Of a stretch of DNA of 35,901 nt, positions 15,101 to 27,100 are shown piece after piece (within the stretch, counting starts at the first letter, position 1; every line of letters begins with the position of its first letter). The stretch lies in the NCBI GenBank assembly GCA_032718475.1, contig JAUCBJ010009069.1:1-35901 (forward strand), given 5' to 3'. The notes below the pieces were generated by a model. That model worked only from the letters and a program-made list of their open reading frames with translations, was not told the DNA's origin and made no database searches. A program made the translations under genes and the position numbers. The stretch comes from Nemertoderma westbladi (Eukaryota; Animalia; Xenacoelomorpha).

Positions 15101-18100
15101 TAAGACTCGTTTATGGAGTGTAACAATGTGGTTAGTATTTAATAAGACTCGTTTATGGAGTGTAACAATGTGGTTAGTATTTAATAAGACTCGTTTATGG
15201 AGTGTAACAATGTGGTTAGTATGTAATTATTAAGACTCGTTTATGGAGTGTAACAATGTGGTTAGTATGTAATTATTAAGACTCGTTTATGGAGTGTAAC
15301 AATGTGGTTAGTATGTAATTATTAAGACTCGTTTATGGAGTGTAACAATGTGGTTAGTATTTAATTATTAAGACTCGTTTATGGAGTGTAACAATGTGGT
15401 TAGTATGTAATTATTAAGACTCGTTTATGGAGTGTAACAATGTGGTTAGTATGTAATTATTAAGACTGGTTTATGGAGTGTAACAATGTGGTTAGTATTT
15501 AATTATTAAGACTCGTTTATGGAGTGTAACAATGTGGTTAGTATATAATTATTAAGACTCGTTTATGGAGTGTAACAATGTGGTTAGTATTTAATTATTA
15601 AGACTCGTTTATGGAGTGTAACAATGTGGTTAGTATTTAATTATTAAGAATCGTTTATGGAGTGTAACAATTTGGTTAAAAACACACATAGTTGGTGTTT
15701 TCGGTCATTTTGCATCTTTGATTCAACATTGAATAAATCTATCATTTAAATTCACAAGGAATTGTTTACTAAAATATTGTAGGCCTACAGCTCCTTATGT
15801 AGGCCTACAGCTCCTTATGTAGGCCTACAGCTCCTTATGTAGGCCTACAGCTCTTTATGTAGGCCTACAGCTCCTTATGTAGGTCTACAGCTCCTTATGT
15901 AGGCATATAGCTCCTTATGTAAGCCTACAGCTCCTTATGTAGGCATATAGCTCCTTATGTAAGCCTACAGCTCCTTATGTAGGCCTACAGCTGCAACCGA
16001 GGCATGAAACTTTGTGGCTGAAGAGGAGAGTCATTTATTAATATTAAATGTTAACAAATTATAGCGGTCTGTGGATATTAAATTATTAAAATTATTACCA
16101 CCTCACCCAAAAAAAAAAAAAAAAAATTTTGCAATCTTTGAATGCCTATTTCTCAGCTGTTTCTCAACGAAATTCAGATATTGCTACATATTTGGAATCC
16201 TTTCAACGCAAGCTTTCTATTGATGTGAAAAAATTACGACTAAAGTGAAGAATGGCAATGATACAGAGGGTGCGATTTCGCAAAAGACACTTTTTTAAAA
16301 CGCTTATAAATAAAATTTAAAGGCGAAATCGAAAATTCTGGCTTCATGGTAACAACCACGGTGAGTTGAACTAGTTGTGTTTCAAATTTCAAACAATATG
16401 ATAAAGATTTGTAGAAAAATTTGGGGGGGGGGGGGGTCCGTGTCATCAGAAAATGACACTATATTACGGGTCATGGTGTAATAATTAACGATATAATTAA
16501 TGTGTAACTCCAATTGACAATGAGAATGATAACGACAATTGAAATGTTGTTCAGCTGTAAAAGTGGAGTTGTCGGTATTTAATTTCGCGTTCCATAATGT
16601 TGATAATATGCTTATATTTTGAATATCGCACATCGAATCGTTCCCAACATTTTTATTCAACAACTAGATTCTAATTGATAAATAGTTGCGTTAAAAATTG
16701 TTGCGTTCCTGCCTGAGTTTTTGAGATATTTGATGGTTATACACACATACACACACACATAACCAGATAACCACATCGTGTTTTTGAATGGCTCAACTCT
16801 TGACAAAAAAAACTACCCTGGCCTATTAATAGGCAGGTTCGTCATTATATGTTAATAAATTCACAAAGAAGGACAGACTGAAACGATGGTTTTCAATATC
16901 TGTGCGAATGTTTATTCCCTTAGCATTATCATTGCCGCTTCTATCAGTCTATACTATGTTAATTTTAGTGCCATACATACTGTAGCAACCAACAACATTC
17001 TATAGCCAGGTTGGTGGAAAAACAGTTCAAAAATAAATTACGGTTGGTTAGATTTCCAAGCGGCGTCAAGAAGAGTTAACTGGTTAATGGGTACTGTACT
17101 GCTGGCGCATCCCGGGGTTGGCGAACACCGGCTGTCACACATCCTGGACCTGTCCTGCATTGTTTATTTGACAAAAGGTAGCGGCAGCCACACTCTTTAA
17201 ATCACTTAGCTTTAAGTAGGGCTACCTGTCTTAAGTCTGCATGTGTGATGTGCACTTCTTACTGGTCCGTAATGCCTAATCTCTAAAATCACATACGGAT
17301 TATTCTCCATAGGAATCCATTACATATGGCACATACGCGTATGTACGTACAGTACATACGGATACGACAACTGCATACGAATACGGATACGGAGAAAAGT
17401 TATACCCACCAATGAACAGTTTAACCAAACCAATCATCATGCATTTCAGAAATTTACCGGTCAGCCGGTAAAGGCAGAGAGAGTTGGTGTATTATTCGAG
17501 TATTCCAGTATTCGGGTATTATTTCGGAAGAACCATGTGTAATAAGAGTTCAACAGTTGCACAGATTTATTTGTTTCAGATTCAGGTATTACTATTTTTA
17601 TGATTACCTATGGCATACGGTTATCTATTTCGATTATATTTTTATAGATCAATCCCAGTAGATACATATATGCGTGTCTTTATGATATCTGCACGGAGCA
17701 CGATAGAGAGGAAGAGGGCAAGGACGCGAAATGTCAGGTATTCCAGAACTACGCGTTGGAGTGCGCTAGTGTTGGTATCCAGTTAACATGGAGAACTGCA
17801 GCCCAATGCGGTGAGTTAGTCAATGCCAACTGATCTTTAAGGACTTTATTAGTTTTGCAACCACTACCTGTGAGCGAGTAACAATAGTTAGTGTGTTTCC
17901 GTATCTTATATAAATACAGTAAGCTATATTGGCCAATTTACATTTCTTTTGTTATATTTTTAGACTTATATTATTATATTGTTCTTATAACTTCTAGATA
18001 AACACTGCGATGGTATAAGGTATTACACGGACTACGGACCGCGGTGTCCACAGACCTGCGCCTACGTAGACATGGAGGTCCCTAAGTCCTGTCAGGACGA

Positions 18101-21100
18101 GTCAGTACCCGGCTGTTTCTGTCCAGAGGGTTACTATGTCAACGAGAAGACCAATGAGTGTTTGCTGAGAGAGGAATGCCCCTGTTATTTCCATGACAAC
18201 GAGTATAAGAAAGGGGATGAAATAAAACAGGATTGCAACACATGGTTCGTAAAAATAACCAAACTGAACAATCTGTGTATAATAAAATGTTTTCCTAACT
18301 TCCCGTATAAAACCTATATATTTACGTGTTAATCATTTCATCTTTCTATTTAAGTGTTTGCAATGGAGGTAAATGGAAGTGTTCGCGCTCTAAGTGTGTA
18401 TCGGAATGCGGAGTTCTTGGTCACGGACATTATAAAACATTCGACGGGCGATTCTACGATTTTATCGGAAGTTGTTCCTACACCTTAGCGAAGGTAATTA
18501 TTTATTACTCTTAGTAGTTTTACTGTTTATGACTCTGGCAGGTGTAAGAACACTTTGTTAAACTATTTTGTTTGCATATCACATTTATAGACTCTTACTT
18601 ATACTTACTCTGTTGTTTTTTTTGTAACACATTTATGAACTCTGTTGTTTTTGTAGCACATTGATGGACTCTTTGAAATTAACGTTCAGAGTCATGATTG
18701 CGTTGGTAACCAAAGGATGGCTTGTCATAAATCCGTTACAATAAACTATAATGGCGCTTATATAACTGCTAGAAGCGGCGTTATTTCATACAGTGAGTAA
18801 TTTATAAACGTTATTTCGTACAGTGAGTAATTTATAAACGTTATTTCGTACAGTGAGTAATTTATAAACGTTATTTCGTACAGTGAGTAATTTATAAACG
18901 TTATTTCATACAGTGAGTAATTTATAAACGTTATTTCGTGCAGTGAGTAATTTATAAACGTTATTTCATACAGTGAGTAATTTATAAACGTTATTTCATA
19001 CAGTGAGTAATTTATAAACGTTATTTCGTGCAGTGAGTAATTTATAAACGTTATTTCATACAGTGAGTAATTTATAAACGTTATTTCGTACAGTGAGTAA
19101 TTTATAAACGTTATTTCGTACAGTGAGTAATTTATAAACGTTATTTCGTACAGTGAGTAATTTATAAACGTTATTTCGTACAGTGAGTAATTTACTCACT
19201 CTCTTTTATTGTATTGGTTCGAATAACTTGTTATTATAACCTGTTCTTTTCTTTTAATTGATAATTACTGTTTATATGTAGAATTTATAGATGTCAAGGT
19301 CTAGGACTTTTTTGACACACCTTTTAATTTCGGTTGGGCGATAGGGAGTTCTGGCTGTGCACTTTTATCGATAATCCGACATAGCTTTCGTAATGTTATA
19401 TATATATAATGCAGCAGCAATGCAGGAATGCAGCATGCCGAAAATACTGTTAATTAGTAGTAGGCCTATATATTACTAATTTACAGTAGGCCTACATTCT
19501 TCTACTCTAAACCAATCTGCCATTGATTGAAGTAAGTTATTGTGTGTAAACTATATGTTTTAAATAAATAATGCGTAATATTTTGGCAGACGGAGAATCC
19601 ATTACCGAATTCCCCGCTGCTGTTGGGGAATCCAACCAGATCATGATCAGACAAGCTTCCACCACCTATATACATATAATCGCACCAGCCGTCAATGTCC
19701 TTTACGATAACACAAATAAGGTTTATGTTCGGGTCTTTGACACATATCAAAGAAAGGTAAGTCAATTTTAGACAGAAATACAGAATAACGGTTTGAGTAC
19801 AGAAGACCACGTACCGGTACCAAATGTATGTAATTATGTGTAAATAAATATTGTTATAATTTCGTAAATCAAATATTTGACTTCCTATACGGATGTCACC
19901 TGCTTAGTCAAGCAGTGTGCCACGAAAATTATAACAATGCAGCATATTGTCCAGTTGTGGTTAATTATTTAATCTGATTATCTTTAGCTCACCGGTTTAT
20001 GTGGTTACTTTGACCACAATTTAAAGAACGACTTCACTTCGGACAATGGTGACGTTGAGTCGCAGCTCAATTCTTTCGGGGATAGTTTCCAAATCGGGAA
20101 GAACTGCGTTCCAACACCTGTATCCTATGACGCATGCGCTCTTAATTCTCAAGTAAGTTCTGGTTGATTTATTCCAGAATTATTCCATAATGATACTAAA
20201 TAAGTATAAAATGCATTATTTTAACCTGCGTATTTATTAATTATTATAAAATTCGGAATAGGGGTATATGAAATACATAGGCGGGCCGGGGCCAACATCC
20301 ACCACGAAGGCATTTTGGTCAGGTCAGGTATTCTAGGTCATTGATCAAGAAAACTTGCCACCTCCATGCAGCATAAAGGAGGTGCCACCTGTAGCTGCAT
20401 AGACCCTCTTACTAGGGCAAATCTGGTCCTGTAACTAGGACCCCCTTCGTTCTGGGATAAGGACGCCCTTGGTCCTGGATTAAGGACCCATATACTTGGC
20501 TGCAGGGGTATATGGCCTGGCCAGGCAGATGCTGATCTACCAATGGCTGGTCAGGAGTAGAGTGTTCTCATGTCCACTCTGAGTGCACTTCACTGCGACC
20601 TGCACCTGGCAGCAGGGGTACAGGGCATGACCCAGCAGATGAGCTGCACAGCCAATGGTGGGTCATGTGCACCAGAGTAGATATGGGTGATGGGCCTCAT
20701 ATCTGACTCCACTGCGACACCTACCCTGTGGAATGGCAATCCAGGGTGTGGTATTTGCTCCGAGAGCTAACTCAGCAAAAAAGCACCCCCCCCCCCAACC
20801 CCTACTATTGATTCCATTAGTAATTGTTTAGTATTTAGTTTAGCATTAGTAATTAGTAGTAGTGGTTCTGATTGTGTGCTACTCTCCAACTAGTGTTGCC
20901 CCTTTAGAGGAGGTGGAAAATTTCTACCACAATCTACAAGCAGCTACTGATGGAGTGGATCAGCATGCATTCTTAACATTCCTGGGAGACTTTAATACAA
21001 GTCTGCATCAATCACCTAGTAGTAGTAAGTTTATTGACAATTCTTACAACAATACCTACACAAAACACCTAAATTAATTGCGCACCGAGTAAAATGTCCA

Positions 21101-24100
21101 ATATGATAATAGTAGTGATACCCTAAACAATGACAAAAAATGTTTGGCTAGTTGTAATAATCCCACACAATATATTATAGGTCTACCCCAACTCAAAAAT
21201 ATATAATAATAACTGAATCAATAATACTTGCCCCTAACTTCACTATATAAGAATATAACTATTAATCGAGAAGCTTAAATATCTTATTTATGTACGTAGC
21301 AATACCAATTGCATTTACTTCTTCTGGCGAATTTAGAAGTCGTGTAAGGTCAGTGAAATCGAGTCCTTTATATTGCTGCTTTGTCTCTGTTCGTAAAGTC
21401 TCTGTGAGTTGGCATTGTAGCAGTACGTGTCCTTCGTCTTGTACTGATAGCCTGTCACATACACAAACACGTCCCTCGGTGGGGGTCCTGGACCATCTTC
21501 CTTTCTCGATTTGTAGGTTATGGGACATAAGTCGTAGACGGGTGAAACTAGTGCGGAGGTAGTCGGGGATGTAAGTCTTTGTATTATATAAAACGTGTGT
21601 GGTCAGTGACGGGTTCATTGTATCCCTGTACATTCTAAAATTAGTTGCCGAGTCGGGTTTATTCCGTAGGTTGGTGCGGATATTATCAAGGTTTGAGGTG
21701 GTAGTACCAGGGTTAGCAGCCTCCACTAGTAGTTTGTAACCGGGTGTGTTGGCTTCCTGACAAAGCTGATAAGCTTGATGAAATGGGAGATCTGGGTCTG
21801 GTTGATCAAGAGTCTTATTCAAGAATGTAGATCGGGATTTCACTATGCGGTCAGCTAATGTCGGTAGTCCAAGTTCTATCAGACAGATGTCGTTTGGCGT
21901 CTGGCTTCGTACTCCTAATAAGATATTTATTAAAGTGATGTAATGTTTTTGAATACCCCTAAAATCACATGTAAACCATGATTCGGCACCATAAATAAGA
22001 GAGCTGACTATACACGCTTCAAAAACCTGATATTTAAACCTGAAAGGCATTGAAGGATTACTGGCACAGAAAATACTAAATTTACTTACTGCATTGCTAC
22101 ATCGTTTTTTGTGAATACTTAGAACAGAGGACATTTTTGCATCCTCAGTGAAAGGGGACCCTAAATTTATATAGATATCGCAATGTGATTCCTGTTTATT
22201 TTCAAAACTTAATGGTACTCTACAAAAACAAACAAAAAACTTAGTCTTCTTTTCGTTTACTTTCATTCCCGTTGTCATACAAAAATCTAAGAGAATTTGA
22301 AACTTTTCTACACACGCGTCACGTGTGGTCGCTAGGATTACACATAAACAGTCAGGCATCCATAAACAGTATGATTTGTAAGACTCCTAAGAATCCGTCG
22401 GTACCATACGATCTACGTAATAATTTAACTAATCGATCAATGTAAATACAAAATAAAATTCCGCTAGAGGGCGCGCCTTGCCTCACACCTATAGTACATA
22501 CAATTTCAATAGCAGACTTTAACACACATTTGGTGTGAGAATAGGCGGCTCTAAGAATACGTAGCATCACACGGCCAAATCCTAATGATTTTAAGTAATT
22601 AATTAACTCGTCCCGCAGTACTCTATCATAAGCCTTCGAATAATCTACAAAAATTATATATAGCTTTAATTTCTTAGATTTAGCATAATCAATAATTAAA
22701 CGTAGCAAAAGTATCTGCTCTAGACAGCCGCTTCCTTTTTGAGCTCCCGCTTGGCATTTATCGATATTGGCCCACAAAGTTAACCAAACCACAAACCATA
22801 AAATCGAAAATCTTTGCTAATGTGTCCATAATACTGATTCCCCGATAATTCCCACATATAGATCGCTTTCCAGACTTAAATAGGATCATTAAGCGATTTA
22901 GACCCCAACCTATAGGATACCAAGTATTATTGAAAACAACATTGAATAACGTAAGGAAGAATAGTAACCAGTTCCCGGGTAGAGCTGCAAAGATTCCCAA
23001 ACCGATCCCAATATAACTAGCTAGACTAACCTAGATACATCAATTTTACTGAGCGCGGTGGCTAGTTTGAATTCGGAAAAAGGGTCATCCAACACGGGGA
23101 TATATGGGGCACAGCTAATGTCATCTGTTGAAATCGTTCTCTCACCTCCTAACAACGATTCGAAGTGATCTTTAAATTGAACATCAGAGGGGGAGTCGCC
23201 CGTAGCAGGTATATCTGCGGGTTCACCCTTCCAGTCGATGGCTTTCCAAATCAGGCGAGGGTCCTTTGAGCTTAAGAGCCGCTCCCATCGGGATGAGTTT
23301 CTGCCCCACGAAGTCGATTCAGTCCTACCGATTTTCTGCTGGTGGGTCATTGCGTTTAAGTTAATTATGCCGCACGACTCGCCGATAATGGTTTCAACGT
23401 CAGTAAGGCAAGTGGATCCAACTAGGTTTGGCGGGTCGATATTGGATAGTGTGGACGCGAAGGCATTTCTATCAACTGTTAAGAGGGATTTGCCCTTGAA
23501 TTCAGAAATAGAACGGCCCGGAAATACCCTTCCTGTGACGCCTGAATTTACCGCTTTACCCTTTTCAAATTTCTCTCTTTCTCGGAGCCTGTTCAACTCT
23601 TTGCGGATCATTGGGTGTATGTATATCCTTCTTAATGTACACTGATCGGAAAGCATTGCCGGCATCTTTTAAATTCTTTGCGCTTTTGAGAATCATATCA
23701 CACGTTTCCCTGCTCCTGACCATTACCAACAGCGGTCTCGGGGGTGGCACGCCGTCAGCATTGGATGGTCTTGGATTTCCCAGCCGTCTGGTCGATATTT
23801 CGCCGAGGCTGGCTGTCACAACTGTAGCGTTTATCGCGTCCGTAACACCGGATTCGTCGCCGCTCGTCGACTCTGATAGGCCGGTTATTATCAGGTTTCT
23901 CTCTCGCGTTTTGGAATCTAGAACTTCGAGGTAGCTCTGTTGAATTCGTATAATCTGAACAGCCGACTGCAGATCATCGGAAAGTTTGTTAACCGTTACT
24001 TTCAATGCATTTACCTGCTTCACTTCGCCTCTTAGTAGCCTTATCTCTTCTACATCGCCCTGGGTCTATAGCAATAGTGTTAACCGAAATTCCGTCCATC

Positions 24101-27100
24101 TTCAGGATTTTATCTATGGAAATGGATTGTTTTCGGGTGGAACCCAGTTCAAGAAGCGAACTGGAAAGCTATGGAGTCATAGTGGACCCAGTGGTCACAA
24201 GTCCCAGATAGACCATAATCTGTTTCGTAGGAAATACAGGAGCTCTATACAAGACTGTAATGCATTTACACTTCGACCCTTCTCCAGTGATCTCTCGCTC
24301 ACGTATGTTCAGCATACTTTCATTATATGGGATTCCTGATGAAATTATTGCAGCAATCAGATCAGTATACGATGGTTCGACAACATTTGTGTCTACTGTT
24401 GACGGTGACACAGAACCATTTGAAGTGTTATGGGGCGTCCTCCAGCGAGACACACTTGCACCATTCTTGTTCATAATTGTGGTTGACTATGTTATACGCA
24501 TGTCCTTAGATCATCATAATGATGATGGGGTGATGATAACGCCACCTACTGGCTCCAGAAGTCAGGGAAATCCTGCCAAGTACCTAACTGATCTAGACTA
24601 TGCTAATGACTTAGGAGTACTGTCAGAATCACTAGAGGGAGCCCAACAGCTCCTCAGCTCATTAGAACATGCTGCTTCTAGTGTTGGTCTTTATATTAAC
24701 TCTAGAAAGACCAAAATTTTGACAGTTAACTTTGAAAGTCCTCACCAAGTCTCTGATCGGATGAGCATAAGCTCAAAGGATGATATGCTTGAGCATGTGG
24801 ACGACTTCTGTTACCTGGGATCATGGATCCGGAAGTCAGGTGAGGACTTTCGAATTCGTAAGGGTAAGGCATGGGCAGCCTTGAATAGGCTTTCCAGGAT
24901 TTGGAAGTCACCGAAAATTAATCGGAAACTTAAAGTCCGAATATTTAGAGCAGCAGTAGTTCCAGTACTCATCTATGGGAGTCCATGCTGGGATCTAACT
25001 GCTGAGGACACCAAATCTCTGGATGGCACATTCACAAGAATGCTACGCCGGGTTCATTGTGTCAAGTACAATGCACACATCTCCAACCAGACACTATATA
25101 ACATTGGAGGTGTCTCAGAGGTTCCCCCAAGCTTGACACTAGAACAAAATCGCCTCCGCTTTGCAGGACATTGCTTTCGCCGTGAGGACCAGCCAGTGCA
25201 TAATCTTGTACTTTGGCAGCCTCATGGAGTGAATAAGCATGGTGGACAGCCCATGACTTTCTTGAGACGCATCTTAAAGGACACTGGCCTTGAAGATGCG
25301 GATGATCTAGCAAATGTCATGGGTGATAGGGAGTTGTGGCGGGGCAATTTTGTCGACAAGCCGGCACAGCATTCTTAAAAATGCAGCTGCAATGCAGCAT
25401 GCCGATCCTAGTAGTAGTAGCGAAGGCATAATGATCAAGCCAGTAGTAGGGTCGATTGGAGCACCCTTCTCCCACTCCCAGAACACAATAAAGACCACGC
25501 AGCTTCCCTCTGTCGTATTAGGGTATACTGTCCGTTCGGTTCTAGGTGCCCTGCTCCTGTGGAGAGGGTCGCTTGTCTCTCTACCATAACGGATGGCGAG
25601 TTCATAATGTATGCCTATTATACGGTACCTTCCTGCCATCACTTTCCGCTCCTGTATGCCTATCCTTTTCTCAGGTCGATGTTTCATGGCAAACGGGTAA
25701 AAGTACTTAATGCGCCACTCATATATAGTTCCTGTTGTCACAGTTATACCAGTTTGGGGAAAGGTTCTCTAGACACAGACTTGTGGCAGCTGAGTTATAC
25801 CAGTTTGGGGAAAGGTTCTCTAGACACAGACTTGTGGCAGCTGAGTTATACCAGTTTGGGGAAAGGTTCTCTAGACACAGACTTGTGGCAGCTGAGTTAT
25901 ACCAGTTTGGGGAAAGGTTCTCTAGACACAGACTTGTGGCAGCTGAGTTATACCAGTTTGGGGAAAGGTTCTCTAGACACAGACTTGTGGCAGCTGAGTT
26001 ATACCAGTTTGGGGAAAGGTTCTCTAGACACAGACTTGTGGCAGCTGAGTTATACCAGTTTGGGGAAAGGTTCTCTAGACACAGACTTGTGGCAGCTGTA
26101 TCATTTTGAACAAATTAGGATGCAAGGTATTTATTTGCACAATTAGGGTGCAAGGATTCTCTTTGCACAATTATTGTGCAAGGATTCTCTTTGCACAATT
26201 ATGAGTCAAGGTATCTGTTTGCACAATTAGGGTGCAAGGGTTCTCTTTGCACAATTAGGGTGCAAGGGTTCTCTTTGCACAATTATGGTGCAAAGATTAT
26301 CTTTGCACAATTATTGTGCAAGGATTCTCTTTGCACAATTATGAGTCAAGGTATCTGTTTGCACAATTAGGGTGCAAGGGTTCTCTTTGCACAATTAGGG
26401 TGCAAGGGTTCTCTTTGCACAATTATGGTGCAAGGATTATCTTTGCACAATTATGAATCAAGGTATCTGTTTGCACAATTAGGATACAAGGCATCTGTTT
26501 GTACTATTAGGCTAGGGTGCAAGGATTCTGTCTGCACAAATAGGGTGCAAAAGGAGTATGTTTTCACAATTAGGGTGTATGGATTCTGTATGCACAATTA
26601 TGATTCAATGTATCTGTTTGCACTATTAGAGTGAAAGGTATTACGATTCACAATTAGGGTACAATATATCTGTTTGCACAATTAGAGTGCAAGGTATCTG
26701 TTTGCACAATTAGAGTGCAAGGTATCTGTTTGCACAATTATGATTCAATGTATCTGTTTGCACTATTAGAGTGAAAGGTATTACTATTCACAATTAGGGT
26801 ACAATATATCTGTTTGCACAATTAGGGTGCAAGATGTCTGTTTACTCAATGATTAACATTAATAATATTCTTTGCAGATGGAACCTGGTGCCAAAACTTA
26901 TTGTCAGATTTTGAAGAAGGAACCGTTCTCCGCTTGCCACAAAGATGTCGATGTAACTTCCTACTACCAAAATTGTCTCTGGGATGTTTGTGCATTAGTG
27001 CCTGGAAGGTTTACATAATATAATTATATTTGTATGGGAACTTAGACTTATTTCTAGTTTGTTTGTTAAACCTATTGTTTTTATTATTGGTAGTAACAAT

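Noticed and set aside
3294-15678. CRISPR array
   Set aside because: Units are contiguous near-identical repeats with no unique spacers, there are no cas genes, and the context is a eukaryotic intron.
15995-16820. Non-autonomous Helitron/MITE-like element with (CA)n and poly-G
   Set aside because: Looks repeat-like, but I could not find termini, a TSD or a second copy in the window; ORFs 16240- and 16382- are low-complexity.
17090-17195. HDV-like ribozyme in a GC-rich patch
   Set aside because: Could not assemble the nested double-pseudoknot pairing on either strand.
19408-19445. Motif aatgcagc..caatgcagcatgccga shared with 25379-25406
   Set aside because: Too short to assign; the two occurrences bracket host exons, so they are not a TSD or termini of one element.
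21290-25313. ORFs antisense to LINE coding regions (e.g. 21290+, 23238+, 23611+, 24169-, 24726-, 25062-)
   Set aside because: Shadow frames of retrotransposon sequence, no motifs.
25559-26146. Repeat-protein ORFs (195 aa and 124 aa)
   Set aside because: Open only because the 51-bp unit is a multiple of 3 without stops in two frames; copies have no synonymous variation and do not fit the host exon chain.
26176-26634. Short Cys-containing ORFs
   Set aside because: Translations of the 30-bp minisatellite.
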